From contig MU062295.1 in the NCBI GenBank assembly GCA_013265495.1, positions 14,735,692 through 14,799,691 on the forward strand: a stretch of DNA of 64,000 nucleotides, written 5' to 3'. The DNA comes from Vicugna vicugna. Taxonomy: Eukaryota. Shown here piece by piece: positions 45,301 to 60,300 of the stretch (positions are counted from its first letter, which is position 1; each line of letters starts with the position of its first letter). The position numbers and the translations under genes are program-made. The notes beneath the pieces are model-generated. The model searched no databases. It was not told the origin of the DNA and saw only the letters and a program-made list of their open reading frames with translations.

Positions 45301-48300
45301 TTATCTTTTAGGTTGTTTCCATTGGTAGGAAAGGAAAAACTTGAAGACAAGAACTAGCTTTAGAGTTCTTCACTTTAGAGATTCAACAATGAGCTGGATA
45401 ACTAATAAGTTATTTATTTTGATTGAAAACTTCTAATAAACACTAGAAATGAACCTATATGGCATTTATAAAATTGTCCAATTTTTATAGATTGCCTTTG
45501 AAATATCTTTTAATTCCAGTTGGCCCATATATACATCCCCATGTAATAATTCTAAACATTGTTTTTCAACCACTTGGTTAATTTCTTTAAAAAAATAAGT
45601 GTAAAGTTCTATATATAAGATATATTAAATATTTTAAAATAACTCAGGAGTTTCAAATTTTGATTCTTGAAATGCTGAAATAGTTTCTATTTTGTATTTA
45701 AAAAATGATTTTTCTCTCTCTGACATTTAGACTGTATGACCTAGGTTTGAGTGCACTTTTATGATTTGTAACTAAATTATTTTCAAATAACTTTGGTTAT
45801 AGTAGCTGTGAAGTGTGAGTCTAATATAATTAATATTTGTTAACTTGAATTCTTTACTGTCTCAAAAAATGTATTTGTTATTTTGTGGGTGGTAACTGAT
45901 CCAGTTAATAAGGAAAAGCTCACTGACCTTTAAAAACAAATAGACCATCGATCTATTAAATAGTTTCAAAAACATCATAAAAAGGCCTTTAACAGCTTTT
46001 AAGTTATGGGTAGTCCTAGATCTACGATTTGTATCAGATTACCCAATGGCTTTCTAATTTTTGATAGAAGTACAGGTATGATCTATTATTTTGCCCTCAG
46101 AGAGAAAGAGGATCCTTAAGTTTTTTAATTTATGCAGTTGCAAGATGACTCTCTTAATCCTTGCCTCTTATGTCCATCTCTCTTCATTCTTATAAACCCA
46201 TTTTATTTTATCTTATTTTATTCGGGGTCAGCTAGTTAGAAACACACACAAAAAATTCTGATAGTTGTTAATTCTCTAAGGCTAAAAATAGGATATTGTC
46301 TTCATTATAATCTATAGAAAATAAATTTTCCTCTACTTTGCAAATGATGCTTCAATTAAGGACTTCATTAAACATAACTTGTATCTTCTTCATTCTTACT
46401 GAAGCCTGCCATTTTTGAAAAAGAAAGTATCGGATGAAATAACATATGCTGAAGATACTGCTAATTCAATTGCACTTCTGGGTGAGTTAAGATTTCCTTA
46501 GATAGAGGGGTGTAACATATGACAGGTCCTACTGACAAGAATGAATATCTCTGCACTAAGTTTCACAGAGAGTACTCCTTCTCCAAATCTAAGCTCTTTT
46601 CTTGTTTTCTTGTTGGGAATGAATCATAGTGTGCTTGATGATAATTTCTGTATTGTCTTCCATTCTGGTATTTCATGATACCAACAGGGTTCTTTGTTCC
46701 TTAAGTAGAAGGGCTAGCAGATACTTCTTTGTGCTTATTTGTCTTGATGTTATATATTCAAGTTTGATGAAATGTTTGTTAACTTTTTTTGTAAATCAAA
46801 ACTGTGTCTCCCTTTCTTTCAGCAAAAGTGTTTTCAACTTTGACCTCTAATAATTGCTAGAATGTAACTGAGTGCTAGAATTGATTGAGAACCAAATTGT
46901 TCACTGAATAATTTAAAGTCTTAAATAAAATCATAAAATGGTGGAAATATTGGGAACTTTAGTGTAATATACATAAAGATGCCTGTGTCTTATATATAAA
47001 AATATGAAAAAGTATCATAAGCAGGTGTTTAGGTTATTGCTCAATTTTCTAGAGAAAGAAAGTAATAATTTCCTAGAAATGAGATCAAACACTAGCTCCT
47101 TGAATCAGCCTCTGGGACATAACAGTGTGTTCCCAAAACAAATTCTACATTAAATTTATACTTATTCATTTAGGTCTCTGTACAGGAGAAATAAAAGATA
47201 CACAACTGGCCCAACAAATGAAAAATAAGTATTTACTGATTGGTTATATTCCCACCATTATACTCCATACTGAAAGATGTTGGAGACAGGTACAAGTAAA
47301 AAGCATTTAAAATTTTTAACACAGACACTAACACTTTTATGTCTAAATAAGTTTCATAGTCTTCAGCTGTAGGTACTTTGGGAGAAATTATTATGGCCTA
47401 AAAAGGGTGAAGAAATTATGGCCTAAAATGGGTCAATGAGATTAGAATAAACATGGAGAGTTAGATAAGAGACCTTAAGGAGCAGGCAGGCTGGAAACTA
47501 ATGAGAAACTAATTCTGTGACTCTCTATCATCAACGAGAATTTAGAACGTGAAGACAACCCAGAAGAGGATATGATAATATTAGTAGATAAAAAGTATAG
47601 GCTTGATTCATAACATTTAAAAAATGTCTCTCTTGCCCTTATTATTTTAAAATGTTGCCTCCAAGAGTATTGGCAGACATTTGTGTACTAAATACACAGT
47701 CCTTTCTTACTGTGTCTGTCTGCTCTTTGCTGAATGCCCGCCTACAGAACACATCACTGCCTCACTTTACTTGATCTTAACCAAAAGGCCAAGAAGTGAT
47801 ATATCACAGCCTCACTTGATGGCAGTATGAACTTTTAGCTTAAAATGAACTCCTTTTACAGATTATTGACTGCAAGTACTGCTGTTCTGTCTCTTATTTT
47901 TTTAATTGTTAGACACATGAGTTTAAACTAAAATAACTGTAGTGTAAAGTGTTGAACAAAGGCTATTCATTTTTACTAATAACTTCCAGTTTCTACTATT
48001 ACTAGTAAATTATATTACTTTTTCTTCTAAATGATAGATATCTCTGACTGAAGAACAGGATTCTGGAAACATGTTAAGGAAAAAGTTGGTACTCTGCCCT
48101 GAGATTATAAAACAGGAAACTACGAGAAATGATCTAAACTTAACAGGAACTAAAAGGGTGGAGAAGCAGATGAGAAATCTTAGAATTTCCCATAAACTTG
48201 TCTAGTTTTGTTGGGAAAGTTTAGTTATTCCTGTTGCCCTATTTTTTTTCAAAACATACTGACTTTTCAACTTCAAAGGACAGGTCCAAAAAATTTAAGA

Positions 48301-51300
48301 GAATAATTCTTGAGACTGTCTTTTTTTTTTTTTAAGTAATGTCTTTTCCAGATAGAGTCTCCTAAAGCAAGGATAAGGCTTTCCTACGTGCTCCCTCCCT
48401 GTCTACGTGCTTCCCCATATACTGACTACCTACCCTCAGAGATGAACTTTAGGCAAGGCCTAATGCAAAACACAAGTCTTCAAGGAACACCTAAATATCT
48501 CTTTCCCTCAGAGAATCCAATCAGATCTGATGCAGTCCTGAAGCTGATATTCCTGACTCCAGTTGTCCTCAGCATCCAGAGGGCATGGATCATTTCCAGA
48601 ATCCCACAGATTCTTTTCAGATTTTCTTGGGTATCATACTTGCAGGACTTCACCAGAGCCAATATAATCCAGACTGAAGTAAAGGCTGAAGCCAATTCAA
48701 AAGTAGTTTAGATATGACTGAAAAGGAATCCTCCCTATCGTCTATCTCCACCACAATAACTTAAACATATATTAAACTATTACCTGCAGGGCAAAGACTG
48801 CCCAGAAACTCACTGTCTTCCAGTCTGTCAACAAATTGAAGAGCAGAGCTCACTTGGAACTTCTCTAAGCAAAGGATGCACTATTAGAGGCAATGAATTA
48901 CTGACTCTCTAGTTAGGGAGGAAAACTCTCAACTTTTCTTATACTAACTCATTTAATTCTCACAGCAATCTTTAAAGTAGTAACTATTGCTGTACCATTT
49001 TATAGATGAGAAAACTAAGAGACAAGGTTATACAGGTAGTAAGTGGCAGAGCCAGGATTTAATCTTAGACAATCTAGTTCCAGCATTTATGCTCTTAATT
49101 ACTATTCTTTTCTTCCTGGGAAGGAGAGAATGAGTTGATTGAGAGGCCAAATGTTATAAAGATATATCCAAGGTATTTTGTGTGTGTGGTATGTGTGTAT
49201 ATATATTATGTGATCCAGTCTGAATCTCTGATGAGAATATTTTAAATACTCATATTACTAACACTTTATGGTTAAATTTGCAAATAAACTTAATGACATT
49301 GTTATTAAATAGCATTGGTGTGTCTTTCTGGCAGGTGACTTAATGAAAGTACCGAGTTCTGAATTGAGGATACAAATTTGTAAGTGTATAATTGACTTTT
49401 ATCATGCAGAACCACCAAAGCAGCATATTCCAGGTGAAGTTTTCAGTAGTCTTTCAGTAATAACTTACATCTTTGTAAAACAGAACATTCTGTCTCATTT
49501 CTCTCCAAACTTGGAAAGAACCAGTGGGATCATAAATGCAGCATGTCAAAAACAGTTTTTTTGGTAGCTGGAAGCTCTTCAGTCATTTTAAACAAAAAAA
49601 ATTTGTATATAATTTTTTCAACTTTAGATTTGCATGATATTTTTATTTTGATGCCAAATATTTGTGACAGAATTTTTAAATCATAACCAAATTAGTTTAA
49701 TTATGATTATTACTATTAGTTAATGTTATTTAATACTGTTGATAATATTATTTATTATTTTCTAACATTTTATAATTATTTGTAATATCTATCCCATCCA
49801 ATTATATGTTAAATTCCTAATGCTAATAACATTTTCCACCATGTTTGGAAAAAGAGTTCTGCATGCTACAGCTAAAGGATCTTAATATATAATGATAAAA
49901 TGAGTCACACTAAAATGTGATATCAAGGTAGAGGGCACTTGCAATGTGATAGATATAATGTTGTTTAGGACATACTTTCTACCTTCATAAAGTTTCTGTA
50001 ATTTATAATCAATCTAGGAAAGGAGAGAAGATGTAAAATATATTTTAAAGTTACATGCACCTTAAGATAGGTGCAAATAAGGCTCCAGTAGAAGAGAAAG
50101 ATTACTTATGACTAGAGGAAAATGGGACGATATCTGAAGTAGAGAAATGAGTAAAGAGATTATTAACTGTCAGATTTCAGCTATGGATGAAATAAACAGC
50201 AGAGACCAAAAATACAGTTTTGGAATTCATCCAAATAGAAATGAAAATTGAAACCATCAGGATGCTTGAGTTTTCCAGGAGATAAAGCATATAAACTGCA
50301 AGTGACCAAGAATAGTAATATGGAAAGTGCTCATATTGAGATCTGGAGAAAAAAAAAATCCAAAGAAATTGGTAGTGAAGAAAAGGTTCAAAGAGGAGGA
50401 TGAAAAGCTAAAGACCACCATGCTTTGTTGCAAATCAATGAAATGTTTGATGAAGGAAGAAGTGGTCTCAGTGTCAAATACTGTAGAGGCTTCTGTAACT
50501 GAGGGATGAAAATGCCAATTGATGTGGTATCTGAAAAGCGTAGTTCATCATAGGCAGATCTATTTCCATAAACTGGTCAGGGCAGATACAGGACTGAAGA
50601 AAGAGAGGATTGTGAGAGTAAAGGCAGTGGTCATGAGGCAGTAGAGGCAGTGAATGCAAACTTATTAAGATCAGATGGTGAAGAAAAAGAAGGAAGATGG
50701 AGAACAAGTCAACTGGTAGCAAAATCAAAGAAAGATACTTGGTTTTGTTGTTGTTTTCAATTTTGAGGATAGGTGATGCTTTCCCCCACAGGCAGAGGAA
50801 CAAGAATCTAGTACATGGAAAATGAGAGGATGAAATTCCCAAAGAAAGCACAAGAGGATGGAATTAAGAGCACAGGTTTAGGATTAACCTTGACAATATA
50901 TAGGTACCCTTCTTTAAGATCGACAGGGAGACAACTGGTGTATAAGACAAGACAGAGGAGTTAAGGTGCAGAGAAGTGAGGTTGATCTTAATTTGATCAG
51001 GCTCTGAAAATTAGGACCCTAAGGCAATGTTCTCACTAGCTGTCACTCAATTAGTTTCAGGTGATGGGCAGGGCTTGCTCTGGGTCCACAGCTGAAAAGT
51101 GCTCAGTAGAGCAATTATAAGAGACATAGCCCTGCAGACAGGAATCAAGTCTATGAGACTTAATATTACTATACTCTTCTATAGAAATGTAAACTTGATA
51201 TATAAAAATATAGTAAGTATAAAGTACATTTTGGTCCATGCATATGACAGACTATTATGCAAATAAAATCATATTTGGGAAAATATTTTATAGAATGAGA

Positions 51301-54300
51301 AAAGGCTTATATAAAATGTATAGTGGCTACAGTAAAATATGAAATTCTACATACAGTATATTGTTCAAATTATATGCATACATTAAAATATCAACAAGAA
51401 ATATACCAGAATGTTAATGTTGTTGTCTTTGGATGGTGAAATTATGGCAATTTTTGGTTTCCTCTTTATACTTCTTAAATGCCTAAAGTGAGCAGCCAGG
51501 GCATACCTATCACAGGAATGGGCCAGGCCTTGTCCAGAGCCAAAGATCAAATTCGGAAAAATAAGACAGACTGACAGACATCTCAGAACTATGGCAAAGT
51601 TAAAGGTCTAGTTGGTCTCAAAAGTTGAGATGTCAAGAAGTTAGATAATTACATCACTAAGAGAAAATTAGCTGCATCTCAGGAGAGCAAGTACCCTCTG
51701 ATGTGTAATTTCTCTAGCTGAATGTAGCTGAGCAGGCACCTTTGCAACCTACCAAAGGAGAGGTGGTGTTTCTCACAGGCGCTAAGGCAGAAGGAAATTC
51801 TTATAAGACATGTCGCCAAGAATCAAGCTTCCTTAAAATACCATATTCACTAGCGTTTATCAGAACAGCATTACATTTGCACCTCTTATTTCATTGTCAG
51901 ATTATATAACTTTTGCCACTTGAAAGCACTATAGTAATGCACTAACTTGAATAGTGAAAACACTTGTATTTGTAATCATGCCATTTTCCTTTATGAAAAG
52001 GTATATCTACTGACAAATAAATATTTTTCCTTTATAGAATGTAAGATATGCTTCCAAATTTTTGGTCCTCTTTGAAATGCTATTAGTAGGGATTAGCAAA
52101 CTATGAACCCCAGGCCAAAATCGCCCCTCTGTAAATAAACATTTTTTAGAGCACAGCCACGCTGGTTTATTTTTGTATTGTTTATGCCTGCTTTTGTGCT
52201 AGGATAACAGAGTTGAATATTTGAGAAAGAAACCCTATAATCTGCAAAGCCTAGAATACTTACTACCTGGCCTTTTATAGAAAAAGTTTGCCTATCCCTG
52301 TGCTATACCATTTTAAAATGCCATACATTTTTTGAAGTTTTTGTTGTTGTTGCTGTTGTTTAATGATAAATTACTCATTTCTTTGTTTATTGTAGATGAT
52401 TACTAGGTGAAAAAATTGTACATATTTATTCATTAATTGTTGTTAGGTTACCAGCAAGCTAGTTCATTGTATAAGATTAAAATGGCTGAAGTTGGAGGAC
52501 TGGCAAAAACAATGGCCCAGTCATTGGCCTTGCTAGAAAATCAACTTGTTGAGAAACTTTGGGTGCTTAAAGCTCTACAACATCTCTCAACTTCTGGTTT
52601 GTATATTATTAAATTTGAACACTTCGTTCCCAACCATTTTTGTTTCTATCTAATGATGTCAAAACTGTACAACAGAAATAATTTTAAAACTTATTTTCAG
52701 AAGTTAATTGCACTTTAATGGTGAAAGCACAAGCAGCCAGTGGAATCTGTGCTCACCTCGATGACCCAGATCCCTCTGGACAACTTCTGTTTCGTTCATC
52801 CGAAATACTTTGGAACTTACTGGAAAAATCTTCAAAAGAAGAAATCATACAGCAACTTAGTAACTTGGAATGTGTGCTGTAAGTATATGTGGTTAGATAG
52901 GAATGCTTTTTAACCTTAAAATGATAGCCAGTGACATAACTAAAATCTTTGAATTTGTATTCAATTAAGCTTTTGATTTATGTAAAGGCTATGTTTTGGA
53001 ACATTTTTGTACCATATTATAAATGCATCTGCACAATAACAAGTCATTTTTTTATGTGGAAGGCTTTTAAAGTATCTTGTTAACAAAACTAAATTATGTC
53101 TTTGAATATGTATAAAGTACAATTAGGCACTTAGAAGAACTGTTTCATTCATTCATTCAATAAACCTATTTTTGAGTACTTACTGTCTTCCAGATACTAC
53201 AGTAAGCATTAGCAATAAAATATGAGTGAACCTTTATTTGCTTATTCATTTATCAAATAATTATTGTCTGCTCTGTGCCAAGTTCAGTACTAGGCTGTAG
53301 AAATACAATTGAAAACAGTGCAGAAATGGTCTCTGCTTTTAGGGAACTTGCATTATATTAGGAGAGATGGATGAGTAAATAGGCGACTAAAAGAGAGCAT
53401 ATAAATGTTATGAAGAAATGTTAAGGAGCTACATGTTTTCCAGAAAGGGGTGAATTAGCACATTTTTGTTTGCAAGTGACTAAACCCTCAAGCCAACTGA
53501 TTTAAACCATATAGGAAATTTATGGGCTCGTGTAATTAAAAAGTCAAGGATAAAACTTGTGTCATGTGCAGCTGTATTTAAGGCCCAGCAAATACCAGGA
53601 CTTGGGCCCTCTTCATCTCTATGCACTATTTTGCACTATGTTGGCTTTTAGTCTCAAGATCCACATGGTGAGACCTAAGAAGTCTTAAGTTCACACCATC
53701 AAACCCCAAATCAAGCAGAACAGAAGACTTGCTATTCTGAACCCTCAAAGAAAATTCTTTCAGTCGAGTCCCTGTTAACTCTGAGTGGTCTGGTGTTGGC
53801 CATATGCCCATTCCAGAGTGAATGCCTAGTGACGGAAAGAAGGAATGCTCTAACTAGCTTCCTTTTAGTTGAAGGCAGCTTTACAAGACCAAAAGTGGGG
53901 AAAGACCAAATGTCTAAATAAAAATAAGGGCAACATTATCAATAAGAAGAGCAAATGGGTCAGTCCTAGGAGGCAAAGCAACAAATGCCCTTTATACAGG
54001 GAACCTGACTCAGATTTGGAGAGTAATCAACACTTCCTGGGAAACCCTAATCTGGTATTGAACGATAAGTATGAATTAGCAACACAGAAGAGTTTTGCAT
54101 GCAGAGAGCATCCTGGACGGGAGCAGAAGTAAAAGTAGAACAAAGTAAAATTTAAAAACTGAAAGAAATTCAATATGGTGAGAGTAGGAAGTATAGGGTA
54201 AAACAGTGAGAGATGAAGCTAACAAAGTTAGCAGGGATCAAAACATGAAAGGATTGAAACATAAGCCTTGGTAAGGAGGTAGGACTTTATCCTAAGAACA

Positions 54301-57300
54301 AAGAAAAGCCTTTAACTAGTTTTAAAAGGAAAACGATGTGACTGAATATTTATTTTAAAGCAGTCACTTTGACCATCATGTATAGATTGGATTGAGGGAT
54401 TCTTATCTGGTACAGTGAATTAGAGATGGATTTGGAAAGAGAAAAGATTAGAAATACTTCGAAATAAGTAGTATAATATAAAAAGGGAGATTTTGTTGAT
54501 AAACACTTAAGTAGTATTTCCATAGAAATATGGCTTTAAAGATCTGATTTTATTTTCTAGGGCTTTGAAGGAAGTATTTAAAAATCTGCTTACAAGAGGT
54601 TTTAGTCATTATGATCGTCAGCTTAGAAATGATATATTAGTGATAACAACAATTATAGCTCAAAATCCTGGAGCACCAATGATTGTAAGTATGAGTCAAA
54701 CTGCACTCATTTTAATTGTGGAAGTTGTGGGTGTGGGGGAAGGAGGGAGTCATAAAGTATGTTGTAAAGTTTATGTACTTTGTTGTAATGCCAAGTTATA
54801 TTATAATGTCATGGTAGTCACCAGTGTACTTGCACTCTGCCAGTTCTTCTTTGCATCTTTTGGAAGCTTGAGATCTTCCTCATATGTTATAATTTACCCA
54901 TATATTTACTACTTATGATGTGTTTCTATCCTTCCTGATGATATGAGTTCCTATCTGGTATCATTTCTCTTTCACCTAAAGAACTTTCTTTACCATTTCT
55001 TGTGATGCAGATCTGCTGCCTGCTGGCGACAAATTCTCTTAGTTTCTTTTATCTGAAAATATATTGGATTTACCTTAATTTTCGAAATCTGTGTTCACAG
55101 AAGATGGAATTCTAGGTTGCAGGTTTTTTCTTTTTTCCTCTTAGCACTTTAAAGACATTCCACTGTCTCTGGCCTCCACTGTTTCCAATAAGTAGTCATT
55201 GTTTCAAATTGTTTTTTCCTTATGTAACATGTATCATTTTGTTCTCTGGCTGTTTTCATTCTATCTTTGGTTTTTAGCAGTTTTACTATGATGTGCCAAA
55301 TGTGATTTTCTTTGTATTTATCCTGCTTGAGATTCATAGAGCTTCCAGAATATGTAAATTTAAGCAAAAATTTGGAGAATTTTATGCCATTATTCTTCAA
55401 GTATTTTTTTCAGCTCCATTCTCTTTTTCCTATTCTTATGGAACTCTGACTACACTTATGCTTTTGACATTGTCCCACTGGTTGCCCTGTGATTGCCTCT
55501 GTCCTCTGGTTCTTCAAACCATTAGATTACAAGTTTACCCTGAGTTTTAGCATCCCTATACGGAATAGATTAGGGCTTGGACTCAGTCTAAAAAGCCATT
55601 TAAAAAAAAAAAAGGAGAGAGAGAAACTCATGCAGTACCATTTCCTACTTCCAAGTCCTGATTCCCTCCAGTTTCTGCTTGGTTTTGGTACAAGGTAGTT
55701 GTTTTTATATTTTGTTCAGAGTTTGTAATTGTTACCTATAGGAGGGTTTCTTGTAGGAGTTACTCAGCCATACCAGAAGCTGCCCCTCCTCATACTTTAT
55801 AATGTAAAAATCATTATGACTGACATCCTAGAGTAGAAATCTCTGGCAGCAATATTCACATATCAGCACACATGTCCTAAGCTGTACTGAAAGGAAATTT
55901 GGCAATGATGTCTTCAACCCCGTATCAATCAACAGCTGGTGATCACAACATAAGAGAACAGTCATGGAATTCACACTGTGCAAATGGGAAAAGTCTGACA
56001 TAGCTTCATTGTCAAGGCTGCAATGTGTAGGTGGACCTCTGTTTCTCTGGAGGCCCTTAGTCAAATTCTCATTAACATCGTTGCAAATATTCAGGTGAAT
56101 TCCATGAATGTGAGTCAACGGGAATAATATCTTCACATTTTAAAGAAACCATATGGATCTTAAAGTAGTAGGAATATAAAGTTGGCAAGCTCAAAAGCCC
56201 AAGGTTTGCTCATATAGATTCTCCCTAATGTACAAAGTCCAACTAGGATATCTCTGAACAGCAGTTTCCTCATGCTGAAATGTTTGCAGTTCTGGTCGTT
56301 CTTCAGGAATTTTCATGTTTAGTAAGAATTGTTTTGTTATTTCCTGGCCAAACCTTTGATGTATTTGAGAGTGGCTGGGGTTAGGGAGCTGGGGGTGTTT
56401 AAGAAGAAAAGCTGTTAAAAACAACTATTTTCGTCCCTTATTTTGTCACTCTAAGGTATAGATAATGAATTACTTAGGTAACTTGTTGCAATACATTTTG
56501 GGTTCTTACCAAATTTTAAACAGCAACTTGTAAAACATAGACCAACATATTTCTTAGAACCTACAGAAGTAAGTTTAATATTAACTAAATTACAAGTTTA
56601 TTTGGCTATATGCTTTTATTTTCTTGCTTTCATCCCTTCCTGTTATTACTGCTTTATGAATTCAAATGAATGACAAGGAGAATCTGATAAAGATGCTTAA
56701 ATATTAAGTAAATATGGCCATCAGTAACTTAATTTCCATGTAATTAATTCACACTTCTGTTTATTTTGTATATTTATATTAGGAATGTGGCTTTACCAGG
56801 GATTTGATACTATTTGCAACCTTTAATGAAGGTAAAAACCATAAAATTTTCAACTAACAATTGTCTTAATGAATCTTATACATCATTTCAGCTTTTATTT
56901 TACCTTTCTTTTTTTCTCCCCCTCACAGTTAAAAGTCAAAATCCTTTGGTAAAAGGTCTTAAGCTTTCTAATTCCTATGAAGATTTTGAGTTGAAGAAAC
57001 TGCTATTCAATATAATTGTGATTTTATGTAAAGATTTATCTACTATACAGGTAAAGAGTAATCAAAAATTTAAATTGTCTCACTTCGTAGTACAACAAAG
57101 TCGTGGCAGCAAATCTTTCATCATGATGCCTGTATGTTTACCATGGAAAATAACAAACTCTTATTCACTGGAATTTCACCCTTTCAAAATTTCTTTTGCT
57201 TATCTATTAGTGAACCATGAATTTACCTAAATTTAAACCACATAAACCAAGGAAAAGCAGGAGAAATTTGGAGATTTATTTATATATTTAGATCTCCTGA

Positions 57301-60300
57301 ATAAGAGAACATAAAATAAAAGAAAATCCATATGGGCCCATCCAGCGTGATAGTCTATCTCTGACCATAGTAATAACAAATGATTTAATGCTGGAGGAAA
57401 TTGCTAATTCTGTGCCACCAATCTAAAACCCTTATGAACCTGCTTTTTCTCCATAAAAACCCATATACCAATAAATTTATCTTAAAACTTTATATCCTAC
57501 ATAACAGCATGATATAATTTGAGAAACACTGGAAATGAATTTCATTTCTGTCTTATCACCTACCAGCTGTGTGGCACTGGCAAAATCACCTAAACTTTCT
57601 GAGGCTTAGTTCTTCCTTCTGTTGTGAGATTGAGATGAAAACTTTGTAAACTATAAAGCTTTAGAAAAAGATACTACTTATTAACAATTCCATTAGTTTA
57701 GTTATTTACTGCATTAAATGAAGTTTCACTTTAGTCTTAGAAATCTTTCAAGTTCCAAAGAGAAATGCATTCTATCAATATTATTAATGATAATATAAAG
57801 GTGGTATAGTATAGTGGTTAAGGCTTTAGTCAGGTGGAATCCAGTGCTGTCACTTGCTAGCTACGTGATCCTGAATAAGTTGCTTAGTTTCTCTAAATCC
57901 CAGGTATCTCAACTTCAAAATGGGGAAAACACCTATCTCACCTATCCTAGAAATATTATGAGTATTAAAAGAGCTAAAAATTTTTTTGGTAATGCCACTT
58001 TGAAGAATATACCAAAAAATGCTCAGAAAAAAACTGTCTTTACAGTTAGAACTTTATTATTCATATTCATATATTACTATTATTCATATATAATATAGTA
58101 TAGTATACGTAGTATATAACAATATATACTACATAGAACCTAAATGTATTTTCTGAAATGCCATATAGGAAAAAATATTCACTAAAATATGGTTTATTAT
58201 TCTAGTTGAATATTACATAGCTATTAGGATGATAGCTACAAAAGACAAATAAAATTTATACTATAGCCTATAAACCAATTTTAGTTGATAGTAGAGTCAA
58301 ATGCACAAAGACCATGGTAAGCTTCTTAAAGCAGTATGTAAGCAATGGAATCAACTAATTGTTTTATGCCGTTATGTTTGTGACCCAATAAAAGTAGTGA
58401 TAATGAATATGTGTACTGTTATTTGCAGTTCACGGAGTATTTAAAAAAAAAATTACCTACTTAATACTTGCAGCGATGCTAGAGCTAATGTTCTTGTTTT
58501 CTCAATTCTGAATCTTGTGTTCTTTCCATGTGGAATTATAAAAACTTTGGAAAAATTCATAGATGTTATTGTAAAAAAGTCTTTGTAGAATAATGCCAGG
58601 TGAAAAGTAAATTGAATAGAATATAGCACATGGTGTGTTACTGTCTTGTGAACCATAAATATGTATCAATAAGAATCAGCTATAATATTAACTTGATTAA
58701 ACATTATAATAACTATATATTTTTTGTTTTATTTATATTGAAATCATGGATTCAATACAATTTAAAAATTCTAGGCATTTAATTAAATGTGGCATTCATT
58801 GGATAGAATATTTGTATAAGTTCTGCTGCGTGTGCTTAAAAATAGCCATAGTCATTATCATAACATCAAAAAAATTGATTTCTTAAAGTATATATACAGT
58901 TGAGTCTGTGAAATGTTTCCATTTTTTAAAAAGTGAGGAAGAGAGAAATAACCAGCAGTTTATTTATTTGCCCCAAATTTTCTGCTATTGTGGTTTTTAT
59001 CATAAGTAGGATATAATTTGCATATTGTCAGCTACAAAGTGCAAATCCCAGAAAGGGGAACACAGTCAAGCCATTACTATTGAGTTTAGTTTTTGGTGTT
59101 TTAATTTTTTAACTTTTGGTACTTAACGTAGGTTGGGATCTTTAGGAAGGAAATATTTTGAAGTGGTCATCAATAACACATCAGATTGGAAATCTTTTAT
59201 TTAATTTTATTAAATAAAACTGCTCTAATTATGTTTCTAACACAGTACTATTTGTCCTTTCTCATAGCTATTAATTGATGGCAAAGTTATTTTGGCTTTG
59301 TTTAGCTATGTTAAAAAGCCTGAGAAACAGAAAATAATTGAATGGTCTGCAGCACAATATGAAGAATTACAGCTGCATGCAATTGCCACTTTGTCATCAG
59401 TGGCTCCTTTTTTAACAGAAGAGTATATGCTGTGTCAGGGAAATGCTCGAGTCCTTGCATTTCTAGAATGGTGTGAAAGTGAAGGTAAGTGGCCCTTCAG
59501 ATTCCTGTCAAAATTTTAATCTACATATTTCAACTGAATGGTGTAGAAAAAGAAATAAAATTAATAAGAGAAATAAAAATATAGATCTGGCTGCCAGTGA
59601 TTTTAATGTATTTAATATGCTGTTTTAAGGGGAAAAAGCCTGAGATTTCATTTAGAGTCAGACATAGTAAATATTAGCTATAGTTGATTCATACCTCTCA
59701 GTAAAAGAAATCATTCATATAAACCGATCTAAATTTTTATATTAGGCCTATCCAACAATTATACTAAGTACTGATAATATTTTAATTAGTCATTCAACAA
59801 GTATTTATAGCATGCCTACTGGTACCATATATTGTTTTAGCTACTAAAGATATATTTATGACCAAAAGAAATAAAATCCATTCCTTCATGCAGCTTCAAA
59901 TCTAGATCTCTAGCCAGAAGTAATGACTCCACATGTAGTCTACCAAATTAGCGAGCCCCAGTTTGTACGAATATTTCATTTCAATTCTCATGGTTCTTAG
60001 TAGGGAAATAAGAAATATATTATTTTTTTTTAAATTATAAGGAAGATATTATATTCTTTTCTGGTAGTAACTTTGCTCTGATACATTTTCATTAGCTCAA
60101 GAATAGAACTCATTTATCCATGAGGGAGAAAAAAATTGTAGCTTATTTTTATTCCCTGGTTTTTAATATGCTGAGTCACTAAATTTAGTCTTACTAAGTT
60201 ACTGTGCATTAAATAAAACAACCCTCCTGTCTATCCTTTATAACATTTATATTTACAGAAGACTATAAAGCAAAAAAGAAAAATACTGCCTAACAGGAGG

